64,000 nucleotides of DNA, taken from the NCBI RefSeq assembly GCF_009914755.1, contig NC_060935.1, one strand, 5' to 3'. Position numbers and translations under genes: made by a program. Each line of letters begins with the position of its first letter. Within the stretch, counting starts at the first letter, position 1. This DNA is from the human T2T-CHM13v2.0 reference genome, Homo sapiens. Positions 26,765-43,400 of this stretch are shown here, piece after piece. The notes under the pieces are model-generated. The model was given only the letters and a program-made list of their open reading frames with translations. It did not search any database and had not been told where the DNA came from.

Positions 26765-27450
26765 TTAGTTATGTATTAATTCATATGCCAAATATATAGA
26801 GAACATTTTCTAGACTTCAGGCACCGATCTAGGTACTAGGGATAGAGCATTGTAAATGTCAGGGAAGACAGTTCCAATATGCAACTAAAATTCTCTTAGG
26901 GGAAATCAAAAAAGAGTGAAACAATAAACACATAGCAGAATTCAGGTTGTGATTAGATTGCAATATGAATAAAATAAATAAAGTGACACTGTAAAGATAT
27001 ATTTTTGGAGGCCAGTGACTAGCAGAAATGGGAATAAAAGGCATATATAATACAATTTTAGTATAATTTAGAAGTAGACCCATAAGAATTCAGTGACTAA
27101 TAAAATATGAGGGTTGAAAGAATAAGAGCGTTTATGTGTATCTCTCAGTATATGTATGGGCTTTGCTTGAAAGGGAAGATACTGCAGCTTTACTGTTTAA
27201 AGAGGTGAGAAAGACAATGAGAGGAAATTGAGCAGTGAGTAGAAATTGAGAATTCTTTGAATTTCAGATGTCCAGTACACATCCAAGTTGAGATTTTGAG
27301 TAAAGCTATATAAGACTGAAACTGAAGGGACATACCAAGACTAAATGGTAAGTATGGAGTTTATATTCAGATAAATGGCATTTAAAGAGATTTCTTCAGA
27401 TGAGATGAACTAAAAGAAGTATAGCTAAGCCCTGTGTGGAGACACAGACT
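26765..27450 (-). mobile_element. L2 fragments
   Basis: caggcaccgatctaggtactagggatagagca and tttcagatgtccagtacacatccaagttgagat motifs. Confidence 0.6.
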
Positions 27451-27914
27451 TAGAAGCTGCTAAAACAAACACTTTTATTTACCTCTGATATATAAAGAAT
27501 TTATCTAAGTATGCTCCTGGATTCTCTCCATCCTTTGATCATTGCTTCTCAGAGAAATGTGAAATGATACATCAGAATTATGAATTTGGAAAGATTGGAC
27601 ATATTCAATTCAACTCCAGCACCTATATTCTCTTGAGAGTTTGGCTATCAACACAGAAAATGATTTTTTCCTGCTTCTTCATTTTAAAATCATTTTCTGG
27701 ACAAGACTCCCCGTCACTGGCAAATTTGTCAAATTCTGTTGATAAATATTGACAACTCCATTCATTTAACAAACTAAATTTATGCTGCCAAATTAGACTC
27801 TATTGGCAGTCAACATTATATAGTGGCCTCTATGCTTACTTTCTATTGTATTTCAATTTCACTACGTGTTCAGATCCACTTGGAGAAGAGGTGGCCTATT
27901 TATTGATGGACATC

Positions 27915-30531
<2,617 letters not shown>

Positions 30532-30659
30532 ACATCTTTAGAAGTTCTAACAGACTAACTAAATCTAAGAAACTGATAATATAGTTGAAGAGATGAAGCG
30601 TGGACAAAGGAGAAGATACAAGGATATGCCCAAGACTTCTCCCAAAAAAGAAATACCGG

Positions 30660-30740
30660 ATATATATACACACACACATATATATATATACACACCCACA
30701 CACACACACACACACACATATATATACATGCATATATATG
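30660..30740. repeat. Compound (TA)n/(CA)n microsatellite
   Basis: Directly visible. Confidence 0.9.
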
Positions 30741-31967
30741 ATAGTAAGTGCTAGAAAAGTCTCCATCTGGAAAACCCCATAGTTGACTAGGTTAACCACA
30801 CTGGGAATAAAAGAGTGAGATGGGCCTAGAAGAAGAGAAAGTATCTGCAATGGCAAAATGAAGTAAAGTGAGATAAATTTTTAAAAAGATATTTCAGGAA
30901 AACCCAAAATCAGAATCTTCACCTCTGATTTTGGCCTTTGTTCATTCTTCATTCACTTCTTCATCTCACCACTGAAAGGAACAAAAATTCATTCAATCAT
31001 TATTGAACATCAGCTATCTCTTTGGGCTCTGATGACAACACTGTTAAGAAGCTGGATTCAGGCGATGCCCTTGTGAAATCATAGTCAATCAGAGAAGACA
31101 CACATAGAACAAACTATTTAAAATAATAATAGTTGTGCTATCTAGTTACAAAGGAGAAATGAAGGGATAGGTTTGAAATGTAGAAGATTGCTCAGTTCAG
31201 CTGAACACAAGATAATTTATTCAATTTTTTATTCATAAAATATTATGTTCATTTTTAAAATGTGCCAAATACTGTGCTCAATAAAAAACAAAAACAGATA
31301 AACAACAACAAAAGCAGAAATTCTTAGATGATAAAAATTTTAAACACAATTAAATACCACCAAGCTTCTGATTCTCAGGCTTCTACACAAAGATCATGTA
31401 AGTTTTAGACACTGGTTCGTTATATTTACATTAGCCATATTGAGATATACACATAGTAAGGAATTTAAATGTGTAATCTATTTGGGTTTATGTCCTTATT
31501 TTCACTGACCAAGAATATATCCTATCATTTTCTCCCTGAAGAAAAATAAAAGAAACATAAGAGTCATTTAAAAAACACAAAATCACAGGGTAAGCATATT
31601 TTTCTTTCATCTCTTGAGCCATTTCAAAAATAAGGTTGGAAAGAGTCATGTTATTACTGTGAACTATGTGAACATATGGTATCGAGATGAAGGAACACTT
31701 GTCTTCTGACAGAGAATCCTGAGGTGTCCCACTTCTGAAGACTTATTTGTATTTGTTAAAAAAGGACAGAAAAATTCAAGATAAGAATAAAGGCCCCCAG
31801 CTATGAATTATTGTGGAAATACTGTCCAATTAGTGAACATCTTACTCAGATCACTTCAAACAGAAAAGTCCTCCATCTAAAGTTGTTTGACAGAGGAAAC
31901 TACTTTTATTTTAGGAGAGGAAGATAGGAGACCCTGAATAGAATAATTTTATTAATCTATATATCTA

Positions 31968-32055
31968 GTTCTTTTTTTCTCCTTTCTTCCTTCCTTTCTG
32001 TTTTTCTTTCTTCCCTTCTTTCTCCTTTCCTCTATTCCTTGCATCCCCTTTTCCA
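31968..32055. repeat. CT-rich tract
   Basis: Directly visible. Confidence 0.8.
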
Positions 32056-32067
32056 TTAGGCTGTAGG

Positions 32068-32078
32068 ACACACACACA

Positions 32079-32125
<47 letters not shown>
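32068..32125. repeat. (CA)n microsatellite
   Basis: Long, nearly pure CA run. Confidence 0.95.
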
Positions 32126-33919
32126 CACAGTGGCAAGGGATCATTTACTGATTTATTATTATGTATTTATTTTCATCTGGTATTGATGAATGGGGAAAAT
32201 AATTTTACTTTCCCTTGTTTAATGTCTGCCTCCATTTGCCACCAACACACCTAACCAGAAGGCAAGCAAGATTCTCAGAGTTCATTGTTTAGGAATATTA
32301 ACATGCTTAGAGTCGGAATGAAACCACTTAAAGTGTACATTTGTTGTTTGCTAAGTGGGCAAACTACAGTTGCCCCAGTATGCAGGGAGTTTCTCCTTGA
32401 GAGTTATAGAAGAAATCATTGTGTTGGGGGAACTATCAGCAATTAACAATAAACTGTAACCTATGTCCATAAAGCTGCACCTGAGGCTACAGACTTCTGA
32501 TGTGGAGGTACTTTGACACAGAATCTAAACAGGAGGCATGTTCCTTGGAGCCACAGAAAGGAAGCCTGGGTTGTCATTTGACCACAGGGATATAGAAGGC
32601 TGATTTGGGGTACTTGGTCGAGTGAGTATCCAGTTGGAAACATAATGTTCAGATATCTCTAGCTTCTTATTTTGTTTCTGCTCAGACAGCATGAAAGCTC
32701 TCCAAATGTTTGTGGCACTGTAGTTAAGTGTAATGGCTGCATATAACATAAGGTTGAATTTCTCAGAATTCTGTATAGTGAGTATACAGAGTCAATTTTC
32801 ATGGGATTCCAAGTATTTAGGAATGTGACTGGTACATACTCAGAATTGTGAAATACATTTCTATTTTCAGTAGACTTAAATTTTCCATAAGACTGTATAA
32901 TCCACGGGATTTTACACATAGATGATCCTGAGGTTGTTGAAAATTTGAGCTTCAGAAGTCTTCCTTAATAAGTATAGTCTGATAAATGCAACCAAAAAAG
33001 CAGAACAGTCTAAAGGGAGACGTTAAATTCAGTCTTGCTGTTTACATTTGTCATATACTTGCAAGTAAAAAGTTAAAGTCTGCAAGTTATTCTATTTATC
33101 TTTAGGTGAATTTAAAAGAAAAGAGAAATTATAAGTACAATGACTTAAGGTTTACAATGAATAATCTTACTGAAGAAAGAACTTGGAAATTTATACTACT
33201 AAAATATAGGTGAGACAATTATGTAATATTTACATTCCAGTGACCTCTGCGGTTCAAGAAATAAACATTATTAATTAGATTGGGCAAAGTTTTTTACTTG
33301 AGTTTAAATTCATACTCCCACTTTGTAATTATGTTTACAATTCTTTCAATATTTCTTAAATAATAAATGAACCTTTCTGATAAAGGAAACAGTTTATTAA
33401 GATTACCATTTAAACTCTAAAAAGCTTTTTTGTTTCAATCTTCTTTTACCCACAAAATATGTAAAGAACATTTATTTTAGAAATTGAAGTTGTTACCTTA
33501 TATTTAGTCCAGAAAGTTTTATTTGTTTAAATGTAATGAGAATTTGATTATACTCAATCAAGCTGTAAAATGAACCCATTTGGCTTATGGAAATTAATAT
33601 TTAAAACTTCAATAGCTTTATATGTATTAATGTCACCTGTATAAATATGATGTTAGATCTCTTACTAGTAAGAAAGCAGTCTTGGTTCTCTCCTTAAAAG
33701 CCCGTTTGTTCCAAATATTAACTTTGGAAAATGTAATTACCCCTAAAAGGCAAAATTATGTTTTTTTCACAATGTCAAGCCAAAACTAAAATTGATCTCA
33801 TCCTTAGTATCTGTACCTTACTTGGTCCAATCCCAAACTGTTTTCAGTTACTGCAACTATTGTGAATGCTTGAATTTCCAAAGCAGAGGGATTTATATTG
33901 CACAATGAGTCTTCTAGTC

Positions 33920-34065
33920 CTGTGGTTTTCAAAATGTGGTGCCCAGAGCAGCAGCAGCAGCAGGAACCTATGCTGAATTGTCAGAAATGCAAATTTTAGA
34001 GCTTCTCTCTGGTCCTACTGAGTCAGAACATGATTCTGACTCGCATTAGTGTTTGATAACCACCT
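33920..34065. mobile_element. MER5A DNA transposon, internally deleted
   Basis: ctgtggttttcaaaatgtggtgccc...agaaatgcaaatt...gtttgataaccac. Confidence 0.75.
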
Positions 34066-34923
34066 CTCCACTTCATTTAGCAAATCAATGTCCTAACCCA
34101 TCATGAGCTTCTGGACTTTCATGACTTTTTCCTCATTTTGTCTAACTTCTTTAAAACATTCATAGCCACTCACATAACCCATACTGTGATCTCTCAAGAT
34201 TTAAGGGAATAAGAAGTGGCTTCTCTACAAAAAACATCTTTGACACCACTTCCACCTTCATTTTATAAAGACAAGGTGGCTGCATCATATATATGCACAT
34301 AAAAATCTCAAGGATTAAAAAAAACGATCTAAAGACATTTTTATTTCAGCATCTTATTAGTGTTATATGCCAAAAGATCTGGCAATGAAACAAATTCATT
34401 TCCCTGAGTGTATCCATTTGATACACTTAAAAAGCGACAGAGGTAAAGAGCAGAAGTGCCTATGTGAGCACATTTCCTCAGTAGCTAATGTTAATGTTTA
34501 ATTCACTTCTGGGGAAAAATGATGACAAATATGAGGCCCTAATTGAGTAGACACACAGCTGCTTTTAATATTGTACAATTAAGATCCTGTCAACAAAATA
34601 TGATTAGTGCAGTCTCTTTCTGAGAAAAAAAATAGCAAAAAAATGTAGAGAACAATGAATGCATCTGAAGCATGTGATACAGTGTGATATGGTTGGAATA
34701 ACTGAACCTGACATTACATTATATTATGTATTTATTTCTCTGAAAAGAATGTTAGATTCATGACAGTAGGAACCTTGTTGCTCTTGTTCAGCCTACATAT
34801 GTGTTTAGCCTTTGTAACTGGATAACAATTCTTACATGAATAAATAAAACAAACACAAAATGGAATTAAGGATCTATGTAAATCTTAAATAATATTTCTT
34901 TTGAGGGCCTCAGTTTCTTCATC

Positions 34924-35778
34924 TGTGAAGAAAGGCAAAGAAAAGTGAGAGTTTAAATATACAAATGGACAATGGCGAGAGTGCATTTAAAAATAGGATT
35001 CCCACCCACAATGCGTAGCAAGCAGTACAGAAGATCAAACCACAGTCCATGTAGCAGTCAGATCAGGTCAGAATTTAGTCAGCTTGTCAGGACATAATCA
35101 ACTTCCAGCTCTCCTAATGTGTGCCTGACGTCCCAACTAAAAAACAACAGAAACCTAAATATATTCCCATAACCAATTACACAAGATGCCTTGCTTCTAA
35201 TCAGCTCACCTCTGGCTTTTGCATGGCAACAACTTCCAATGAGAATATCTAAAATCTTCCTTTTTCTCCACTTTAAAACTTTTATACTACCTGCTATGGT
35301 CTGAATGTTTGAGTGTTCCAAAGATTCATGTGTTGAAACTTAATTCCCAATGTGATCATATTGAGATATGGTGCCTTTGGGAACTGATGTGGTAATGAGG
35401 ACTCCACCCTCATGAATGGAATTAGAGTCTTTGTAAAAAAGGCTTTAGGAGTTATCTAGTCCCATTTGTTTCTTTCACCATGTGAGAAGACACCATCTTT
35501 GAAGCAAAGAGCAAGTCCTCATCAGACATCAAATCTACTGGAGCCTTGATCTTGGACTTCCCAGCCTCCAGAACTGTGAATAATAAATTTCTGCTGTTTA
35601 TAAATTGCCCAGTCTGATGTATTTTGTTATAGCATCCCAAACAGACTGAGACACTCCTCTGTTTGCCTTTGAGTCTCTGCCAAATGTAAGGGATGGTGGC
35701 TGACTCCCCTGGTAGAGCAACCTATGAATAAATGGCATTTGTTTGTTTTAATTAGGGTGATCTTCATTTATTTCCACA
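34924..35778 (+). mobile_element. ERVL-type LTR (MER54/MER73/MER74/LTR53 group), split by MLT1A0
   Basis: TG...CA ends (tgtgaagaaagg...atttccaca), with gctgactccc...agcaa...tgaataaat near the 3' end. Confidence 0.6.
35292..35653 (+). mobile_element. MLT1A0/MLT1A1 LTR
   Basis: tgctatggtctgaatgtt...ccttgatcttggacttcccagcctccagaactgtga...gactgagaca, 362 bp. Confidence 0.88.
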
Positions 35779-36520
35779 CAAGCAAGTCTGTAATATTCAA
35801 AACGTTCTCAGCACTACATTTCTATGAAATTTTAGAAATGGTGACCTCTGGGAAAGAATTTATATCAACGTAAAAGCAAATTTTCAACTCCAGATGATTA
35901 AAATGTAAATTCTCTTAGAGGCAAAGCTATGACAGTAAAATTAAAAAGTACTAACATGTTAGTGGAATATGTAAAGCGGAGACTGTTTCAGTTACACAAA
36001 ACAGAGAATCGCAAATTTCAAATGGGATTTCTTAACAGGAAATTGTCACATACTCAAAATTGTTTTCAAGTGGCCATTTTTACTGCAATAAACCAACAAA
36101 CCAGTTCCAATGTAAAGTACACACTAGGACACTTTTTATTAATTAACTAGCAAAATTGAATTCTACGTAACAAGTTACTTTAGATAACTCTCAGTTATAC
36201 AGTTGGCCCTTTAACAAACAAAGGCTCAACCAGACCCATTTCTTTTGAGAACATGACCACAGCTGTTAAGTCTTTCAAGCTCACTTTTCACATAGTTTTA
36301 TGTCTTGAACCCCATGCTTCTACATACCTTTATATTTAAACAGGAGATTTTAAATAAGCAAAGCTAGTGCAATAATTTTGAAGATAAATCTTTATAACTT
36401 GATTTATTTCTATTCTGTCATTTCACGTTACCATTTGGTGTTTTCATTTATGTGAAAAATTTAAAATACTGAACTGAAATATGAATAGTAAGATAAAATA
36501 TTTTTGTTTGGTAAAGTGTC

Positions 36521-36733
36521 TAAGGATTGACAGATAAAATGCAGAATGCCCAGTTAAATTTGAATTCAGATACACAATGATTTTCGTTTGTAAGTATGTT
36601 TCATGCAATTTTGGAACATCTTATACTATATAGTTTAAGTTTAATTTATAGTTTAATTTCTGACAAACTATAGTTTATCAGAAATTAAAATTCAACTAGG
36701 TATACTGTATATTTACTAAATCTTCAGCATGAT
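36521..36733. mobile_element. MER53 palindromic hAT element
   Basis: cagataaaatgcagaatgcccagttaaatttgaattcagat...aaattcaactagg. Confidence 0.8.
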
Positions 36734-37034
36734 TAAGATTTCAGTTCATAAATGACATAGTTTATTGAATTTTAAAATCTTTGAAGTTGAAATAATTGGG
36801 AAATTCTCAAATAGTAAAGAAAATAAAATGTTACATAAATCATAAAATAACTTGCTTACTAACATTGTATCTACTGAAGAAATTTTAGTTTTATCAAAAT
36901 GCAGTTACAACTAGGCAACTATTTCATAAATTATTATTATATAAGAGTACAAGCAAAGTATCAAAGTTCAAAATCTTATGCAGACACACACACACACATA
37001 TAACTATTACCCAGAACAATACTGAAATGAATAC

Positions 37035-38442
37035 ACTTAACTGACCTTTGATTAAAAAAAAGGCAAAACAGTGAAACAAACGTAGTCATTTTGAAAGACC
37101 ATGCTGTAAAAATTAAACATCCAAATTCAAAAAAATAAATTCAGCCACGTGCCTTATAACCTTCACAAAATGAATAATAGACCTAATTATAAAACACAAA
37201 ACTATAAAAATTCTAGAAAATAATATAGGATAAAACCTAGGTGATCTTCAGCATGGTGATAACGTTTTAGTTAAATCAAAAATGGTTCAATCCATGAAGG
37301 AAACAATTGAGCTGGACTTCACTGAAATTTAAAATTTATGCTTTGCAAAAGAAAAACAATGTCAAGAAAATGAGAAAACAAGCCACAGACTGGGAGAAAA
37401 TAGTTGCAAAAGACATGACTTATAAAGGACTATTAACCAAAATACACAAAGAACACTTAAAACTCAATGAAAAGACAATGAACAACCTGATTTAAAAATG
37501 AGCAATAGATCTGAACAGACACCTGTAACAAAGATATACAGATGGCCAGAAAGCATATCAAAAGATGTTCAACATCATATGTCATTAGGGAACTGCAAAT
37601 TAAAACAACTATTAGATACAACTACATTCCTACTAGAATGGCCCAAATCCAAAACAATGACAACACCAAACAATGAGGGTGTAAAGCAGACAAATTATCA
37701 TTTATTGTCAGTAGAAAGGCAAAACGGTACAGCCACTTGGAAGACAGTTTGACAGTTTCTTACAAAACTAAACGTACTCTTACCACAAGATCCAGGAATC
37801 TCACTTTTTGGTATTTACCCATATGCAGTGAAAACTTCTCTCCACACACAAACCTGCCCATGGGCAATTGCCATAACTTGGAAGCAACAAAGATGTGCTT
37901 AAGTAGGTAAGTGGGTAAACTGTGGTACATTTAAACAATGGAATATTTTTCATTACTAACAAGAAATGAGCTATCAAACAATAAAAAAATGGAGAAAACT
38001 TAAATGTATACTACTAAGTGAAAAGGAAATCTGAAAAGGCTACTGACTATATGATTCCAACTATATAACTTTCTGGATAAGGCAAAACTATGGAACCATC
38101 AAAAAGATCAGTGACTGACAGGGGTTAGAAGAGAGGGAGGGATGAATTAGGCAACACATAAAAGTTTTTAGGACAGTGAAACTATTCTGTAGGTGGTAAA
38201 TACATGGTACATAACTTTGCCAAAACCCATAAAACATAAAATGTAGAACACAAGTGGTAAACTTAATGTAAACTTCGGACTTTGAGCGACAGTGATGTGT
38301 CACTGTAGATTCATAGATTGTTACAAATGTATTATTCTGTTGTGTAAATCCACACTGAGGAAAATTGAAAACTTTCCACTTTCCATTCAATTTTGCTGCA
38401 AACCTAAAACTATTCTAAAAAATAAAGTTTATTAAATAAAAA
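37035..38442 (+). mobile_element. L1MC1-like 3' fragment (ORF2 end and 3'UTR)
   Basis: ORF2-like peptide KMRKQATDWEKI; 3' end caattttgctgcaaacctaaaactattctaaaaaataaag. Confidence 0.85.
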
Positions 38443-38729
38443 GAAAATTGTCAAATATTAAAGAGTGATACTTTCTTTTGTCTTTTTTTGTGTGTTTTTA
38501 ATGACTTTGTTTCAGAATAGAAATGGCTTTGAAAATTTTTTATAACATTCTTACTTTACTGTTTGCCTATCTCACAATAAATGATTCCCAAGAGATCAGA
38601 GAAGAAAATTTGCTGAATTTAAATTTTTTCAATCTGAAACAATGTACCAGAGTTGGACTATATTTACTTTTTGATTAGAAAACATATAAAAGATTTCTGA
38701 AAAAAATGTTTTTAAAATTATTCTACGCT

Positions 38730-38970
38730 CTAATTCTAGATGACCTCTTCCTCAAAGCATTTCCTGTCCTTAGAAAATCAACTATTTATTCTCTCTGCAC
38801 TCTTTATACCTGGTATTTCATGGTTATTGGCATCATATTATGTTACAATCATTTGTTTCTATCTCTGCCTTGTGGAGAAGACTGACAGCATCTCAAGCTA
38901 AAGCATGGGTGTATGTATCTGTATATACCTAGACCAAATGTGTTCCTAACAGAAATCTAAACTCTCAAAT
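38730..38970 (+). mobile_element. L2 3' fragment
   Basis: tgacctcttcctcaaagcatttcctg...agactgacagcatctcaag...actctcaaat. Confidence 0.55.
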
Positions 38971-39739
38971 ATATATATATATATTTTTCTTTTACCATAA
39001 ATATATTACCATATATTTTCCAGATAAATGACTAGATAATTTTAACACAGTAGATTAATGTCCAAATAAAGAATTAGGTAAAATTCGAAGCAACAATTCA
39101 CAACCAGGGCTCAAATAGCACCTCAGGAAAACTTTTTCTACCTCTGGCATTTGTAACTTTTTGAAATGTTGACACTTTGTCATTAACCTTTGGGGCACAT
39201 TTTTCTTTGCATTTGTGTTCCAAAAGTGTTTCCATTGTTCTCCAGCCCTTCCATTTGTATGCCGACTTACGCTTCATATCTCATTGTTTATATTATTTTG
39301 CATTATTCAATTTGTTAATTATAGTTTTAAAAACTAAAAAAATCAAAAGTTGAGATATTGAAAGTAATAATATCTAAATGTGTAGCATTCGCTCATTGCA
39401 ATGAAATAAATGAAGTTGAGTATAAATCATACTTTCTAGTTCATTTTTATTTTGAATAAGCAATAAACTATGTGCTTGTGTTAGTCAGCCAAGGCTGGGG
39501 AGGGAAATAGAAAAGGCTTAATCATTATCAGTGGCCTTGTCTTCTAAAATACTTAATAGGTTATGTAAAATCTATATAAACCACTCACTCTACCTTTTAC
39601 CTACATTTATTAATTTGTTTAAAAACCTCAGCTTTCCCAATTTCTCTTCATTGGCAACTAAAATAAATATATACTGAACATATTTAATATATCTGAAAAT
39701 ATGGTTTTTTTGGTATACAAAGAAGAAAAGAAAACTAAC

Positions 39740-39920
39740 TTTTAGTAGCTATGCAGCTACCAGACACTATGAAAATCTCTTTATATAGTTACCTCATTTA
39801 AATTGCATATCAACACTGTAAGGGATGTATTTTAAATCTACTTTGTAGATAAGGAATTTGCGAATATTAATTAATTAGGCCATGGATTAACACAAAGAGT
39901 GGCTACACAGGAATCCAGAC
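39740..39920 (-). mobile_element. MIR SINE
   Basis: acctcatttaaattgcatatcaacactgtaaggg...tttgtagataaggaa. Confidence 0.6.
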
Positions 39921-40449
39921 AATTAAAGTATAATTTGTTTAAAGAAGGTACAATTATGATTCTCATATAAATATAAAATGGATGTGTATGAATGATTTAA
40001 TATATTTAATTAATTCTTTAATTAAAGTGAAATCCAGTAAGATGCTACAATGGATTCAAAGGAGAAATTAAAGAACCAAATATATACAGGCTATAGGGAG
40101 TGCTGAAATGAATTTACAAAGAAAGGCAAAACTATCCAATACCCATTGAACAGTGATCAATTGCATTCCACCAAACACATTTTGTTTGCATTTATACAAA
40201 CAAGAATACTTTGCATTATTTTCAGCTTTCTACAACTTACAAAATAAAAAATATAGCTCAATAACGATGAAAGTTGCAATCCTAAACAAGTTTCAGGAAC
40301 CCTGGAAAAATAATTAAAATATGATTTGTGTTTTATTGAAAAGATAACCAGTACATTCTGGCAACTTTAAATATTTTATATTTGTCTGAAACCACTCAAC
40401 AGCTATTGACGAGCTCATGATCTATCCAATTGTGGTGCAGGTCTAGTCC

Positions 40450-43400
40450 TTAATAAGTTGATAGAATTTATGGTATTCGAGTTCTTCTTGTGACCTACTT
40501 CCAAAAATACATTGCAAAAAATACCTAACTATGGGATTTTTAGTTAATTCAGCCTAGCTAATTGAGGAGATAGAAATTATTACCATATTATGAAAGTCCC
40601 TGTGTCAGTTTTGCGTCCCCCAGAATAACTGATATATTTCTAAATTTATGTATTCATATTTCTCACACCATACAAGGTCTGTACCAACATCACTCTGACA
40701 GAGACTAGCTTTTTGTCTTTGATAATTACTAGGTTAAAAGGTCATACTCTATCATAAACCAGTCACAAAAACTATATAAATCTCTTGACTGTTTTTGATC
40801 AAATTAATTATGGTATTTTTAAAAAGTAAATATAAGACGATATTTGTTTACTCATGATTATAGATTTTTGCTAAGTTTACATAATGGGCTCTCAAAACAA
40901 AGGAAGTTTTGATAGAAGTGTGTCCACTTCTCTGCTGCAATTCCCCATATATTCAACCACTTCATGGTTGAATATATTTTTCCACCTTTATTTTTCCTCA
41001 TGAATCATCTAAAATATTGATAATAGCTCATTTGAAATCCCTGTATGGTATTCACAACATATGGAGCAACAGTGGAGCTACTCCTATTGAATGTTTCTGC
41101 TCCTATGTATTATTTTTCCATATTTTAATTGCCTATGGGATAGTGTTGAACTATTCTGAATTCTTACATAAGATGCTGGTTTTTATTCCAGAAGGAAGTT
41201 AAAGTACTGGTAAATTATCTCATTCTTTGAAGTAATGGTTGTTGCCTTTAATGTAATAGGTTTACTTCAGTTATACTCCTTTGTCCTGGACTTATTGGAA
41301 AATTCTGGCACTGCTGAGTCAATGACGAGCCCAACGGTTTTTCCAAGCCCTTCTAACTTAACATAGTAGCAGCTAAACTACAAATATATCTAGCATCAAG
41401 CAGCTGCAGAAATCTTCATCTTCCATCTGCGCTTTCTTTTGGGGCCTTTGTACATCCTATGCATGTATAATGTAAGAGTCAGTGAAGATTTGAGGGTAAA
41501 CTGTACATAGTTCCTGTGTTTTTTCCTGTGTTATGTTTCCTGTCTGGGATTTCTCCCTAACTTCCAGCTTCTCTGGCATCACAATGTCTACATTTTAAGT
41601 TCCATAAGACTCACTTTCTCATTAAGCCTTTCTCTCTCATGTGCCCCTTGCAAACTGGGAAGTGTCTTCAAAGAAAAACCATTCAATATCAAGACTCCTA
41701 GTTTCTTTCCTTTCAACCAAGTCTACTTGCCAGCATCTGCCTAGTTTCATTGTTCTCTAGGGCCTCAAATATTATTTTTTAAATTTCTAACTTCCAAGCT
41801 TTCATAATTGTTATGTTTCTAAAGGTTAACAGCTCAATAGAAGCAACTAGCCATTCTCAAGAATAATTTTTCATTTATTCTTGTAGCATATTTTTACTGA
41901 AAGTAGAATTGTACATTGACAGTCTTTTATTTTTAGTCTTTAAAAATGTCATTCTATTGCTTCTGTTATACTTTTGAGACTTTAGGTTGTCAGTTTTATT
42001 GTTGCTTCAACAAAGGTAAGTTTATTTTCCTAGTTATTTTAGATTCTTTACTGACTTTGAATCATCTTTGATCTGCTTATTTCTTTCTCTAAGTTCTCAT
42101 GTTTAAAAAAGTTTTTTCTAATGTGCTGCAGATTGTATATTTTTAAAAATGTACACAGGCAACAGATGATGTATTTATTATCCAGAAGCAGAATACACTT
42201 CCCCCACTAGGTAAATAAAGTAAGAAGTTCATCATCTTCATCCCTCAGGGATTGAGTAGGAATGGAAATGGATTTCAGTTTTGATAAAGGAGTATGTGTG
42301 TTTGAGGAACATGACAGGTATCTGGGGACCATATTCCTCAACTGCATATTTGATTGTATGTAGTTTTATCAGTTTTAAAAAGACAGTAACCTTAACTGTG
42401 CTTAAGGCAATACTGTTGTTAAGGTCTCGCCAATGCACTACAGTGTAGCAGACTCTCCTTGTTTGAGGTATTACCTGGAGTTATTTTTCTCATGATCAGG
42501 AAACTTAAGGAGCGTGGACAGAAAGGGTGAAGCTGGAGCGAAAGTTGGTAAAGAACCAATTGGAGGCAGCGGTGAAGGCTTGACCTGGGACCAATTAGGG
42601 GCTGAAATAAAAGCTTAGCCCAGGACCTTGGCCCAGGATCAATCAGGGGCTGCAGTGACGATTCGCCTTGTTTAAATGAAGACTTAGCCCACGGACAATT
42701 ACAGAAAGGTAGGCGTATGTCAAATGGTGAAAAGTAAGAGGCCAATAGATGAAAAGTAAGAGACTTAGGCATGTCAAGGAAAGAGAAATGTCTCCAAAGA
42801 GAGAGTGGAATTTTTTCTTCTAGGTTCACAGAGTAAGCATTTCCATTCAAGGACGTGGGCTCTTTCTTATCAGGGGCCAGCAGTTTGATTTTCAGGATGT
42901 TCTTTGAAGGAGTTTTACCAAGGACCCACCCTAACTGTGACGGGTTTCTTACTTTCTCCTCTAACATTGTCATAACTATTGAAATCAGCTCTTGTAATCT
43001 TGCGTAGCTCATATGTACGTACAATAATTTATTTGAAATCCCATATCAATAGATGTTTATCATGTTGCCATATTTTCTATAAATGATAATATTTTGATAA
43101 ATTTCCTTGCCCATGAATATGCATTTCATTTTTGTAATGCTATCTTTACAGTAAAGTGGAATTTCTGAGAAAAGTGGTACATACTTAAAATCTAATAGTG
43201 AGAGTCTAGTAAACTTTTATAAATGTGCCTTCTTACTAGTACTAAATATTGTCAATTTTTAGTATTTGCCAATACCACATGAGAAACTTAATATTTTGCT
43301 GTTATCTTTATGCCTTTGACTTAATGAAGATGAATATTTTTTCATGGTTTAATTGGAAAATTTGACTATTTCATTGTGAATGTTACTTGTAAGTTTTGCT

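Noticed and set aside
42419-43024. 201-aa ORF, the longest outside L1
   Set aside because: It coincides almost exactly with a solo LTR, starts at a non-ATG codon and has no recognisable domain. It is most likely a chance open frame.
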